Shown here piece after piece: positions 20,479 to 31,122 of a stretch of 64,000 nt of DNA (position 1 is its first letter; each line of letters begins with the position of its first letter). The DNA comes from Candidatus Cloacimonadales bacterium (lineage in GTDB: Bacteria > Cloacimonadota > Cloacimonadia > Cloacimonadales > JAFGVF01): contig OY782781.1 in the NCBI GenBank assembly GCA_963678315.1, positions 1,824,001 through 1,888,000 on the forward strand, written 5' to 3'. The notes below the pieces were generated by a model. It saw only the letters and a program-made list of their open reading frames with translations, made no database searches and was not told where the DNA came from. The position numbers were made by a program, and so were the translations under genes.

Positions 20479-21281
20479 GAGATGTAACAGTAGTTCTAGG
20501 TGGTGGTGCAGCATTAGGATATGCTCATATCGGTGTATTATCAGTCTTGGAAAAGTATTTCAATATAACCCGTATCATCGGAACTAGTATGGGCTCTTTG
20601 GTAGGTTGTCTTTACGCTTATGGGCTCAGTCCAAAAGAAATAGAAGCTTTTGCAAAGACTTTTAAATATCTTGATGTAATTAATCCTCTGAACATAGATA
20701 TCAAGTTTCAAGGCTTGATAGATGGATCATTTATAGAAAAGAAGCTTAATGAGAAGATAAGTAAAGCAAAGATTGAAGATTTGAAGATTGATTTCTCTGC
20801 TGTAGCATTTGATTTAAATTCTAAGAAGACAATTATCTTTGACCAAGGAAATGTAGCAACAGCATGTAGAGCTTCATCTTCAATTCCTTATATCTTTAAT
20901 CCTGTTAAAATGGATAGCATGAGTTTAGTTGATGGAGGAATTGAATACCCTCTACCAATACTAGATATTTCCGAAAATGAGTATGTAATCGCTGTAAATG
21001 TTCTACCTGCAGTGCAAATGGATATTGTTAAAAAGTCAATGCACCAAGATAAATCGGTTAGTAAGGATAAAACAAAGCGTTGGTATGATATAATTATTGA
21101 AGCTATCAATGCTAATCAATCATTTCTAGTAAAGCAAATCGTAAAAGATAGCAAGATTGATATCTACATAGATTGCAATGTTAATACAATAATGCCAACA
21201 GCATTTAACAAGTTAAAAGACATTAAAGAGATAGGGAAGAAGGCAACTGAGAATAAACTAAAAGAACTTAATATTTTCTAA
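20475..21281 (+). CDS. Patatin-like phospholipase
   Basis: LGGGAALG, GTSMG nucleophile and DGG motif. Confidence 0.92.
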   Translation: MRDVTVVLGGGAALGYAHIGVLSVLEKYFNITRIIGTSMGSLVGCLYAYGLSPKEIEAFAKTFKYLDVINPLNIDIKFQGLIDGSFIEKKLNEKISKAKIEDLKIDFSAVAFDLNSKKTIIFDQGNVATACRASSSIPYIFNPVKMDSMSLVDGGIEYPLPILDISENEYVIAVNVLPAVQMDIVKKSMHQDKSVSKDKTKRWYDIIIEAINANQSFLVKQIVKDSKIDIYIDCNVNTIMPTAFNKLKDIKEIGKKATENKLKELNIF

Positions 21282-23703
21282 GTAAGTCTTGTAATTCAAT
21301 TATATCAATTGGTTTAGCTATATAGTCATTCATTCCGTGTTTTAAACAATTCTCTTTATCTCCCTGCATAGCATTAGCTGTCATTGCAACGATAATTACT
21401 TCTTCATTAGAGAGTTTTTCTCGAATATATGAAGATGTTGCAAGCCCATCCATTATAGGCATTTGAATATCCATGAAGATTATATCATAAGTCTTCTTAA
21501 GCATAAGCTCTATAACATCATTTCCATTTTCAGCTAAATCAATAGTATAGCCCATTCTATTAAGTAGTTTTTTTGCAAGTTTCTGATTAATCTTGTTATC
21601 TTCAGCAAGAAGAATAGTATGTGGGTGACTACTGGCTAAATCTCTATCAATTCTATTACTAGTCTTTCTTATTACTTGGTCTTTAGTGTTCTTTGCAATC
21701 AGTTTGCTACTTAAGAAAGATTGCTTGAAAGGATTATTCAGAAGAAGGCTTATAAATTCAGGACAATCTTTATAAGCATCTGGAACGTTATATAAAGCAA
21801 TCTTGTTAATATTAGAATTTGTTTTGAGTTGCTGCAGTAGCTCATTGTTGAAGTTCATGAATATATCAAAAGAAATAAAGAGCATGTCAATGTCCGTCAT
21901 CTTAGAATTCTGTAGTTGGAGATAACTGCTATAAATAGAAATGTTCTTAAAGTAAGGATGTAAATTATTCACTAACATTCCACAAGAATGCTCATCTTTA
22001 TCAATAACTATGGCATTAGTAAAGATCTCTTTTGTAGTAGCTCTCTTTATTTGCTTATTAGTTTTCATTTTAATTGTAAAATGGAATTCAGAACCTATGT
22101 TTGGACTACTATCAACCCATATCTTTCCACCCATTAATTCAGTTAATGACTTAGATATAGCTAAGCCTAACCCAGTACCACCATACTTTCGGCTAACTGA
22201 GGAATCTACTTGAGAGAAAACTCTAAATAGCTTGGATATTTTCTCTGAAGATATTCCTACTCCTGTATCTTTAACATCAAATCGCAATATTTGTTCACTT
22301 TTATTATCGCAATTGTCAATGCAAGATACTGTGATATAAATTCCACCTGAATGAGTAAATTTGATAGCATTATTTATAAGATTAACCAAGATCTGTTTTA
22401 ATTTACTTACATCTCCCAAGAATTCTTCAGATAAGTTTTGATTAATATGATACATTAAATTTAGACCTTTGTCGTTAACTTTAGTTCTTAATAAATCAAA
22501 TACTTCATCAAGAGTTTTGCTTAAACTGAAATTAGTAAAATCAAGTTCCATTTTTCCTGATTCTATCTTAGAAAAATCTAGTATATCGTTGATTATGTTT
22601 AGAAGAGAATATCCACTAATCTGGATAGTTGAGACATAATCTTCTTGTTCCGGTGTAAGTAAAGTATCGCCTAGAAGTTCAGTCATACCGATAACTCCAT
22701 TCATCGGTGTTCTAATTTCATGACTCATAGTCGCTAAGAAATCAGCTTTAGCTCTTGTTGCTGCTTCAGCTTTATCCCTTGCATCAATAAGGGCAATCTT
22801 TTGTTCAATCAAGGTGGTATTATCAATAAAAGAGAATATAACTCTTTCGTAGCGAAGACCTTCTGTAGGAACTTCAACCCATCTAACTGATAGCTGCATC
22901 ATCTCTTTGTGTAAGTTATACATAATTGTATCACTTTCATAGCTTGAATGGCCACTAGCTAAAGCAACCATTTCATCGATTAAGAAGTTGTAGAATTCTT
23001 TTGAGACTATCTTATCTATGTTACTGTACAAATCATTCATATTGTTAGCTTTAAATAAATCTAATAGAGCTTGATTTAAATCTAGAAACTTAGCTTTATT
23101 CGTAATATCAATCAACTTTTCATGATTATCTTTGAAGTAGGCTTTTAAGTCGTTTATTCCACTACGTTTTAAGTCTAAAAGCGCAGTGTATACTTCTGAA
23201 AAATCTCTTTCCCACAGTCCAATAGGGGTTGATTGAAAAATCGTTTGATATCTTTTATTGCTTATTTCAAAGCTTCTCGCAATTTTGGTTCTGATAGCAA
23301 GTTCTCTTTCTACTTCTTTCTTTTTGCTAACGAGTTCTAAGAATAACTTAACTTTACCAGTAAGGATTTGCGGAACTATTGGTTTAGTTAGGAAATCAAT
23401 TCCTCCCGACTCAACTCCTTTAATTTTGTAGAAATCATCAGAATAAATAGCTGAGATGAATATCACTGGGATATCTTTAGTTTTCTTTAATGATTTCATG
23501 TATTTGACCATTTCAAATCCATCCATCCCAGGCATTTGAACATCTGTAATAATTAGTGAAATATCTCTTTCTAATGCTATATTTAAAGCTTGCTCACCTG
23601 AAGTTGCTCTCAGGATGCTAGCATCAAACTTCTTTAAAACAGTTTCAAGAGCAATTAGATTTGCTACTTTATCATCAACTATTAGTATTTTTGGTCTATA
23701 CAT
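21268..23703 (-). CDS. Hybrid histidine kinase/response regulator (REC-PAS-HisKA-HATPase-REC)
   Basis: N-terminal REC (DVQMPGMDG), MSHEIRTPMNG, NAIKFT, DTGVG, GGTGLGL and C-terminal REC (MDIQMP). Confidence 0.93.
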   Translation of the reverse strand: MYRPKILIVDDKVANLIALETVLKKFDASILRATSGEQALNIALERDISLIITDVQMPGMDGFEMVKYMKSLKKTKDIPVIFISAIYSDDFYKIKGVESGGIDFLTKPIVPQILTGKVKLFLELVSKKKEVERELAIRTKIARSFEISNKRYQTIFQSTPIGLWERDFSEVYTALLDLKRSGINDLKAYFKDNHEKLIDITNKAKFLDLNQALLDLFKANNMNDLYSNIDKIVSKEFYNFLIDEMVALASGHSSYESDTIMYNLHKEMMQLSVRWVEVPTEGLRYERVIFSFIDNTTLIEQKIALIDARDKAEAATRAKADFLATMSHEIRTPMNGVIGMTELLGDTLLTPEQEDYVSTIQISGYSLLNIINDILDFSKIESGKMELDFTNFSLSKTLDEVFDLLRTKVNDKGLNLMYHINQNLSEEFLGDVSKLKQILVNLINNAIKFTHSGGIYITVSCIDNCDNKSEQILRFDVKDTGVGISSEKISKLFRVFSQVDSSVSRKYGGTGLGLAISKSLTELMGGKIWVDSSPNIGSEFHFTIKMKTNKQIKRATTKEIFTNAIVIDKDEHSCGMLVNNLHPYFKNISIYSSYLQLQNSKMTDIDMLFISFDIFMNFNNELLQQLKTNSNINKIALYNVPDAYKDCPEFISLLLNNPFKQSFLSSKLIAKNTKDQVIRKTSNRIDRDLASSHPHTILLAEDNKINQKLAKKLLNRMGYTIDLAENGNDVIELMLKKTYDIIFMDIQMPIMDGLATSSYIREKLSNEEVIIVAMTANAMQGDKENCLKHGMNDYIAKPIDIIELQDLLRKY

Positions 23704-23710
23704 GTGTCTC

Positions 23711-26700
23711 CTAACTCAACCAAACTCTTAATGTTGATAGTAGTTTATCAACATCCAGAGGTTTTGCTAAATAATCACTAGCGCCAGCATTTAAAAATCT
23801 TTCTTTATCACCTTTCATTGCTTTTGCTGTCAAAACAATTATTGGAAGATTCTTAAATCTATTAATTTGTCTAATCTTTTTAGTTGCTTCTTCACCATCC
23901 ATCACTGGCATCATAATATCCATAAGTACTATATCAAAATCATCTTCTTGGTCCAAGATATCTAAAGCTTTTTGACCATTTACCGCTGTATTGACATTCA
24001 TATCTCTGCTTTCGAGAACATGAGATACTGCAAAAATATTTCTAATGTCATCATCAACAACAAGGATCTTTTTACCTTTAAGAGGTTTGTCTTTATCGGT
24101 TTTCATACTTACTGTTGGAATTGAATTATTATTTGTATCTTCTTTCTTAATTTTTGATATGTTATTAATCTCGTCTATAACTCTTTCAGATGATTTTCCA
24201 CCTTTCACGATAATTGATTTTATCTTAGTATTTAAATCAAATTTTACAGATGGAATATTGTCATTATCACAGAATACAATAATTGAAGGTATATCATCTT
24301 TAGTTTTTGTAAGTATTTTATCAAGTTCTTCAAAGGAGTTGACTTTATTATCTATATTAATCAATATAAAGTTGCAAGCATCGATTATCTTTTCATCAAG
24401 TAAGGCACTAAGTTTATCTGTATATTCAATATGAAGATTATTTAAGTCTCCGATTTCAGATAGCTCATTGTTAAGAGAGTTCTTTTCTCCAATTACTAGT
24501 ATATGAGAAGATGTTTGATTGTTATCTTTTGTGACATTCTGGAAGAAATTAATTAAGTTGTTTTTATCTATTGGCTTGTTTAAAACACCGAAAACTGGAA
24601 AGGCTAGATTTTCTTCATCTATATCATTTGCAGACATAATTTGCACAGGTATAGATTCAAGTTCTTTATCCTTCTTTAAGTTGCTAAGAATTTCCCAGCC
24701 ATCCATTCCTGGTAGCATGATATCTAGTATTATAGCTCGTGGTTTAATTTCTTTAGCTAGCTTTAATCCTGATATACCTTCTGATGCGTGCACAAAAAGC
24801 AATTCTTGCTTATGACAGAACTGTTTCAAGATTTCGGCAAAGGTTAAATCATCTTCTATAGATAGTATCACTTTGTTAACATTCTCAGCGTTGATTAGTT
24901 TCCTATCATCATCAATATGAGGAGCTTGAACTACTGAATTCTCTTTTCCCTTCTTTTTTGTCTCTGTTTCAACATCATCTGTTTTAGGCATCTTTATTTT
25001 GCTTCTTGTTTTAATTTCATTAAGCATAACTTCATCATTTGGTTTGATTGGTAAAAGTAATCTAAAGGTTGTTCCTACATTTAGTTTACTTTCAAGGTAT
25101 ATTTCTCCTTTGAGTAGATGAGTTAGTTCTTTAGATATGGAAAGTCCTAAGCCTGTTCCACCATATTTTCTAGAAGTAGTTCCATCTGCTTGTTGGAAAG
25201 CTTCGAAGATTGCTTCTTGCTTCTCATTGGCTATTCCTATTCCTGTATCTGTAACTTTTATAACAATATAGTCTTTTAACTGGTCATTATTAGCAAAGAA
25301 TTCATCTTCATCTACACCTATTACATCGAGAGTAATTGATCCTTCATGAGTGAACTTAAATGAATTTGATAGAAGGTTTTTTATAATCTGACGCAATCTT
25401 TGTTGGTCTGTTACAATCTCAGAAGGTAAGTTTGGAGAACAAGCAGTTGTGAATTTAACACCTTTTTCTTCAGCAGTTCTATGGTAGATGCCATAAATAT
25501 TTGATAAGATGTCCTTAATGGAAACTTCTTCGAAGTCAACCGACATTTTTCCTGCTTCAACTTTGGATAAATCAAGTATATCATTAATTAAATCAAGTAA
25601 ATCTTTACCACTATTATGAATAATTGTAGCAGCTTCAATTTGGTCATCTGATAAGTTATTATCATTATTATCCGCTAAATCTTTAGATAATATTAGAAGA
25701 CTGTTGAGAGGTGTTCTTAGCTCATGACTCATGTTGGCTAAAAACTCAGATTTATATTTACTAGCTTGAGCTAGTTGCTTTGCTTTTATTTCAAGGATTT
25801 TTTTAGCTTCAGTTATCTCATCATTTTTTATCTGTATTTCTCTTTTCTTCTCTTCTAGATATTCAGTCTTTTCTTCAAGTGATATATTGGCTTCTTGTAG
25901 TTCATCTTGCTGTATTTTTAGTTTTTCACTGGTTGCTCTAAGCTCTTCAGTTTGTTCCTTTAATTCTTCATTTGCAACTCTTAATTCTTCCTGTTGAACT
26001 TGAAGCTCTTCAGCTTGTTGCTGGGTCATATCTAAGAGTATTTGCATTTTTTCTCTGGCAAAGCATGAATTAATACTTACGCCTAGACTATCAATTATTG
26101 ATTCTAAGAAAGAAACTTGTTTTTGGGTGAAGTTTGTAATAGACCCTATTTCTATAACACCTAGAACTTTATTTTCAAACTTAATTGGGATAACAATAAT
26201 GTTTTTAGGAGGAGTTTTTCCTAATCCGGAATTTATTGTAATGTAGTCTTTAGGAACATCGTGAAGAAGAATCATTTCTTTTTCCAAGAAGGCTTGCCCT
26301 ACTAATCCTTCACCAGGCCTGATTTTATTTGATACGTGATTCCTTGATGAGAAAGCATAAGAGCTGGTTAGTTGTAATATATTTCTATCTGATTCTGAGA
26401 TTAGATATATTGCCCCTATTTGGGCATCTATGTATTTAACTAGAAAGGTTATTGCATTCTTGGTTAAATCATGGTGGCTTATTTCTCCTCTAAGGTTTTC
26501 TAAAAGTAGTGTTTCACCTGTTTTATACCAGTTTTTTAATTCAACTTCTTCTGTTCTTTCTTCAATTTCTTTTTGATTTTTTACACTTTCAGATATATCA
26601 CTAATGTTTTCAACAACTCCAATTACATTATCATCTAAATCTTTTAGAGCTACGCCAGTTATAAATATATCAGAAACACTACCATTATTCATATCGGTTT

Positions 26701-28252
26701 TGATGTGTTTAGTATACTTAGTATGAGTTTTCATAATCTGCTTCATAACACATTCATCTGAATGGCATATTTCTAAATCAAGTACTTCATAGCATTTTTT
26801 ACCAATTAAATCCTCATGAGTGTTGAATAGTGAACAGAATGTCTCATTAACTTTCTCTATTTTATAATCTTTACCAATGGCTACAATAGGACGTGTACAA
26901 CTTAGAATTTGTTCAATTTCTTGGTTGTTTTTTCTTACTTCATTTAATAGCTCTTGATGCTTATCCTGACTTTCGGCTAAACTGTTACTCATTGTGTTTA
27001 GAGAATTTATAAGTAAATCGTGCTTAGAACGTGGAGTTAATCTAGTATCATAGTTGCCTCCTGATATTGATATAGCTGTTTCTGTTATCTTCTTTACTCC
27101 TACTTGAAGCTTTCTAAATGACCTAGTTAAAGATCCTATCTCATCAATAGATTGAACTCTTATCGTTTCAGGTGTTTCTCCAATAGTCATTTTATTAGCT
27201 ATTTTTGTCAAATTTACGATTGGACTTGTAATAAGTCTTGAGAAGTATTTTGATATTAGAATAATCAATAGAAATACAATAAAACCAAATATAATATAAA
27301 ACAGTATTAAAGAGTTTGAAAATCCTAGAGCTTCCTTGGAGTCTATTTCAGCAATGATAATCCAATCAAAATCAGTATTGAATTTCTCTGAAAGTTTAAT
27401 TGGTTCTTGATAACTATAAACATCTACTCCCCGATAGTCATTTATAGTCCCATATTTTGCTTCATCTTTTGTTGTAGGGTTTGTAATTAGCCTATAATCA
27501 AAGCCTTTAGTATTTACTTGTTTACTTAAAATTGCTTGATTTTTAACGAATTTTGAGTTTGACCTCATAAGGTAATCGCCACCAATTAGAAATGTTTCCC
27601 CCGTTTCACCAAGAATAGATTCTTCAACAACAATGTCATTTATTCCTTTTGGAGATAAGGCAAAAATTAGATAATAAATGTTGTCTGCTTCTTGGTCGTT
27701 GGTCATCGTAGCTACAATATACATCATAGGTGAGTCATTATCAATAAAATCATTGTAGAAGTCGGTTATATCTATATTTGAATCATTCTGAAGATTTCTT
27801 TTTAAGTAGCTTATAAAAGGAGGCTTTTTATATAACAATTTAGTATCAGTATTTAATGAAGATATATCATGTGCAGTTGAATAGATAACTTCTCTATTCC
27901 TGTTGTATATATACATAGCATCGAATTTATTTACTTTTATATAATTTTGAAAACGTGCTGAAATATTTTCATTATATACCTTATTATCATAATCTTTGGA
28001 AAGAGAGAACATGTTTTTTGTGTTAGCCAAGATTTCTACTGTATTGATTTGTTTGTCAAAATACTTAATTAATTGTTCTTTTTTCAAAGTCGAAACAGCT
28101 TGCAGAGATTGTTGTGTTTGATTTGAAATGTTGTTACGAACGAAACTTACTGTGAGTATATTCAACACAATATATGGGACAGCAGCAATTGAAACGATTA
28201 ATAACAATATCTTAAGACTAAAACTTTTCTTTACTTTCTTAATAAAAGACAT
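23711..28252 (-). CDS. Hybrid sensor kinase: Cache, HAMP, PAS, GAF, methyl-accepting coiled coil, HisKA, HATPase, multiple REC
   Basis: Two TMs, HAMP DEIG, GEGLVGQ GAF, QQEEL..NEEL heptads, MSHELRTPLN, GGTGLGL and two intact REC domains. Confidence 0.93.
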   Translation of the reverse strand: MSFIKKVKKSFSLKILLLIVSIAAVPYIVLNILTVSFVRNNISNQTQQSLQAVSTLKKEQLIKYFDKQINTVEILANTKNMFSLSKDYDNKVYNENISARFQNYIKVNKFDAMYIYNRNREVIYSTAHDISSLNTDTKLLYKKPPFISYLKRNLQNDSNIDITDFYNDFIDNDSPMMYIVATMTNDQEADNIYYLIFALSPKGINDIVVEESILGETGETFLIGGDYLMRSNSKFVKNQAILSKQVNTKGFDYRLITNPTTKDEAKYGTINDYRGVDVYSYQEPIKLSEKFNTDFDWIIIAEIDSKEALGFSNSLILFYIIFGFIVFLLIILISKYFSRLITSPIVNLTKIANKMTIGETPETIRVQSIDEIGSLTRSFRKLQVGVKKITETAISISGGNYDTRLTPRSKHDLLINSLNTMSNSLAESQDKHQELLNEVRKNNQEIEQILSCTRPIVAIGKDYKIEKVNETFCSLFNTHEDLIGKKCYEVLDLEICHSDECVMKQIMKTHTKYTKHIKTDMNNGSVSDIFITGVALKDLDDNVIGVVENISDISESVKNQKEIEERTEEVELKNWYKTGETLLLENLRGEISHHDLTKNAITFLVKYIDAQIGAIYLISESDRNILQLTSSYAFSSRNHVSNKIRPGEGLVGQAFLEKEMILLHDVPKDYITINSGLGKTPPKNIIVIPIKFENKVLGVIEIGSITNFTQKQVSFLESIIDSLGVSINSCFAREKMQILLDMTQQQAEELQVQQEELRVANEELKEQTEELRATSEKLKIQQDELQEANISLEEKTEYLEEKKREIQIKNDEITEAKKILEIKAKQLAQASKYKSEFLANMSHELRTPLNSLLILSKDLADNNDNNLSDDQIEAATIIHNSGKDLLDLINDILDLSKVEAGKMSVDFEEVSIKDILSNIYGIYHRTAEEKGVKFTTACSPNLPSEIVTDQQRLRQIIKNLLSNSFKFTHEGSITLDVIGVDEDEFFANNDQLKDYIVIKVTDTGIGIANEKQEAIFEAFQQADGTTSRKYGGTGLGLSISKELTHLLKGEIYLESKLNVGTTFRLLLPIKPNDEVMLNEIKTRSKIKMPKTDDVETETKKKGKENSVVQAPHIDDDRKLINAENVNKVILSIEDDLTFAEILKQFCHKQELLFVHASEGISGLKLAKEIKPRAIILDIMLPGMDGWEILSNLKKDKELESIPVQIMSANDIDEENLAFPVFGVLNKPIDKNNLINFFQNVTKDNNQTSSHILVIGEKNSLNNELSEIGDLNNLHIEYTDKLSALLDEKIIDACNFILINIDNKVNSFEELDKILTKTKDDIPSIIVFCDNDNIPSVKFDLNTKIKSIIVKGGKSSERVIDEINNISKIKKEDTNNNSIPTVSMKTDKDKPLKGKKILVVDDDIRNIFAVSHVLESRDMNVNTAVNGQKALDILDQEDDFDIVLMDIMMPVMDGEEATKKIRQINRFKNLPIIVLTAKAMKGDKERFLNAGASDYLAKPLDVDKLLSTLRVWLS

Positions 28253-28836
28253 TAGTTCTCCTTCATTATATCTAACAAATATTCTCCAATTTTATTTATA
28301 GAAAGAATATTATCAATTGAGTTATTATTTATAGCGCTTTCAGGCATTTCTGGAAATTGAGCTTCTTTAGGATTTTGAGCAATTGTGCAACCATTATATT
28401 TTTTTACTGTTAACGATCCATTGGCACCATCATTATTAGCTCCTGTCAAAAGAATTGATAATAATCTATCTTGGAACACTCGAGCTGCAGACTCAAATAG
28501 TACATCAATTGAAGGTCTGGAATAATTAACCTTCTCGTCACTTGACAAGACTAACAATTCTCTATTTTCGACCAATAAATGATAATTAGCAGGAGCTATA
28601 TATATTGTATTAGCTTTAATTTCTGCCATATTATCAACTAGAACTATTCTATTTTTTGTTAGTTTTTTATACATTTCAACAAAGAAATAATCTGTGTCCT
28701 TGTTAAGATGTTGAGAAATAACAATCGGAATACTAATTTCGTCTGGTAATACTTCAATTATTTTTCTTATACATTCAAATGCCCCAGCAGATCCACCTAT
28801 CACAATGCAATCGAATGTTGTTTGATTATTAGTCAT
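28252..28836 (-). CDS. cheB: CheB-type methylesterase (no receiver domain)
   Basis: GGSAGA, QH, RPSIDVLFESAA and LTGANNDGA catalytic motifs. Confidence 0.92.
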   Translation of the reverse strand: MTNNQTTFDCIVIGGSAGAFECIRKIIEVLPDEISIPIVISQHLNKDTDYFFVEMYKKLTKNRIVLVDNMAEIKANTIYIAPANYHLLVENRELLVLSSDEKVNYSRPSIDVLFESAARVFQDRLLSILLTGANNDGANGSLTVKKYNGCTIAQNPKEAQFPEMPESAINNNSIDNILSINKIGEYLLDIMKEN

Positions 28837-29668
28837 TATTATTCACCAACTGGTATATCTTGTTTTTCAAATCAACATTGTCAAATTTAGACTTATGTTG
28901 CCAAAAATCAATAGTTTCTTTGCTTCCAATAGCTAAAAATCCTTTATCAACTAAGCTTGTAAGGAATAAAGTTAAGACTGAATTCTGAAGTTGTCTATCA
29001 AAATATATTAGAACATTACGACATATAACTATATTCATGTGTCCAAATGGTTTATCGTGAACTAAATTATGATTAGCAAAGGTAATATGCCTCCTAATAG
29101 ATTCATCTATCTTATATGAATTGCCATGTTTTTGTAAGTTCTTTGCTAGTGAAGACTGTGGAAAAACTTGCTTGAAGTTCTCTTGATATTCTCCAAATTG
29201 TTCACTTGTGTATATTCCCATCTTTGCTTTCTCTAAAGCCACCTCATTGAAGTCGGTTGCAAAAAGGGTAGTTCTCTCTAAAATGCCTTCTTCTTTGAGC
29301 AATATTGCCATTGAATAAACTTCTTCTCCAGTAGCACAACCTGCGTGCCATATTTTGATATATGGGTAGGTTTTCAGATATGGGATGATATTCTTTCTTA
29401 TAGATTGCCAAAATGTTGGGTCTCTAAACATTTCTGTAACAGTTATTGAGAACTCCAATAATAATTTATTAATAAAAGCATTATCATGAATTGCTAAAGG
29501 TATCATTTCACTAATGTGGTTCATTTTGTTAAGATCAAGCAAGCGCATAATCCTTCTGTTTAATGAAGCACGAGAATAATTCTTGAAGTTAAAACCGTGA
29601 TAATCATTAATCACAGATAGAAGTAATTCTATCTCATAATTCTCTATTTCTATTACTGATTTATTCAT
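28829..29668 (-). CDS. cheR: CheR-type methyltransferase
   Basis: TEMFRDP, IWHAGCATGEEVYS, ATD and CRNVLIYF. Confidence 0.95.
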   Translation of the reverse strand: MNKSVIEIENYEIELLLSVINDYHGFNFKNYSRASLNRRIMRLLDLNKMNHISEMIPLAIHDNAFINKLLLEFSITVTEMFRDPTFWQSIRKNIIPYLKTYPYIKIWHAGCATGEEVYSMAILLKEEGILERTTLFATDFNEVALEKAKMGIYTSEQFGEYQENFKQVFPQSSLAKNLQKHGNSYKIDESIRRHITFANHNLVHDKPFGHMNIVICRNVLIYFDRQLQNSVLTLFLTSLVDKGFLAIGSKETIDFWQHKSKFDNVDLKNKIYQLVNNND

Positions 29669-29992
29669 GATTTAATAAATAGTATAAAATAAGAAAGTGT
29701 CAAGTAAATTGAACTTAAACTTATTTTTTACCTTGTTTCTTTGCGTAAGCACAATCATCTGGGTACACAAGCTTCTAGCTTGTAAAATATTCTTGGTACG
29801 CATGCTTCTAGCATGCGAAAGGTTTTTTATGGGTTGCAAGCAACAGTCTTCGCCTGTCACAGTCCTTGCTTGCTTGCGAAACATCATTAATCAAGAATGA
29901 TGTTAAAGTAAAGTATCTTCTCTTTAACCATGCAAGCATGTTTAAAGATGCGCATTCAGAAGGGACCGTGATCGGCGAAGACGATTGAATGC

Positions 29993-30776
29993 ACCCCTAA
30001 AAGTGGCTGGCGATCCCAGTGTGTCCTCACTCCTAACATCACCCACGATTGAAATCATGGGCTTTGTGGTGAGATGTCCCCAAGGGACATAAAGGTATTT
30101 ATACCCTGTAAGGGTAAATCAATAAAGAGCCCATGGTTTTAACCATGGGTGATAAAATTGAGCTCAACTCTCTTCCTTCATTTTTGATTTAGCCGAACGT
30201 CCGTTCGTCTCTACAATTTCACTTATAATTACGTTCTAACCCCTAAAAGAGGCTGGCGATCCCAGTATGTCCTAACTCCTAACTCCACCCACGATTGAAA
30301 TCATGGGCTTTGTGGTGAGATGTCCCCAAGGGACATAAAGGTATTTATAACCTGTAAGGGTAAATCAATAAGAGCCCATGGTTTTAACCATGGGTGATAA
30401 AATGGAGCTCAACTCTCTTCCTTCATTTTTGATTTAGACGAACGTCCGTTCGTCTCTACCATTTCACTTATAACTACGTTCTAACCCCTAAAAGACGCTG
30501 GCGATCCCAGTATGTCCTAACTTCTAACTCCACCCACGATTGAAATCATGGGCTTTGTGGTGAGATGTCCCCAAGGGACATGAAGGTATTTATACCCTGT
30601 AAGGGTAAATCAATAAAGAGCCCATGGTTTTAACCATGGGTGATAAAATGGAGCTCAACTCTCTTCATTCGTTTTTGATTTAGACGAACGTCCGTTCGTC
30701 TCTACAAATTCACTTATAACTAGCTTCTAAGTGAAGCCAGCACGGAGGCTGGAGATCCCAGTGTGTCCAGTCCTAA
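29993..30776 (+). repeat. Tandem repeat, 3 near-identical units of 245-246 bp plus a partial unit
   Basis: Units start with ACCCCTAAAAG at 29993, 30239 and 30484, with a partial fourth unit to about 30776. Confidence 0.95.
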
Positions 30777-31122
30777 ATAATTTGACTGTTTTTCGTGTTA
30801 TTCGTGCTTTTCGTGGTAAACTTCTCTGTTTGCAGATAAAGCTTAGCCTTTATGTCGCCCTTTCAGGGCTTTTTTTATTTTTTAACTATTACATGGAGGG
30901 CAAGCCTCCATGCTTAGTATATGCCACCCCTTCGGGGTTTTTATGGATAGCATCTCCTCAATTCTTCAATCATTCTTCATTCATCATTCTTCATTTTTCC
31001 CCTTTATCCGTGCTTATCTGTGTAATCCGTGGTCTAAAACAATTAAGACTTTCTTTCGTGTCTTTTTGTTTCTTTCGTGGTAATATCTCTTCTTAATTTG
31101 TGAGATTTGTGCCATTCGTGGC

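Noticed and set aside
29672..29900. ORFs 29672-29887 and 29697-29900
   Set aside because: They overlap the REP cluster and the cheR promoter region and show no protein features.
29993..30776. Tandem array as a CRISPR or other guide array
   Set aside because: The units are near-identical over their full 245 bp with no unique spacers, and no cas, nuclease or RT gene is nearby.
30731..31096. 121-aa ORF
   Set aside because: It is a translation of 9-mer/7-mer tracts and hairpins, with no RBS.
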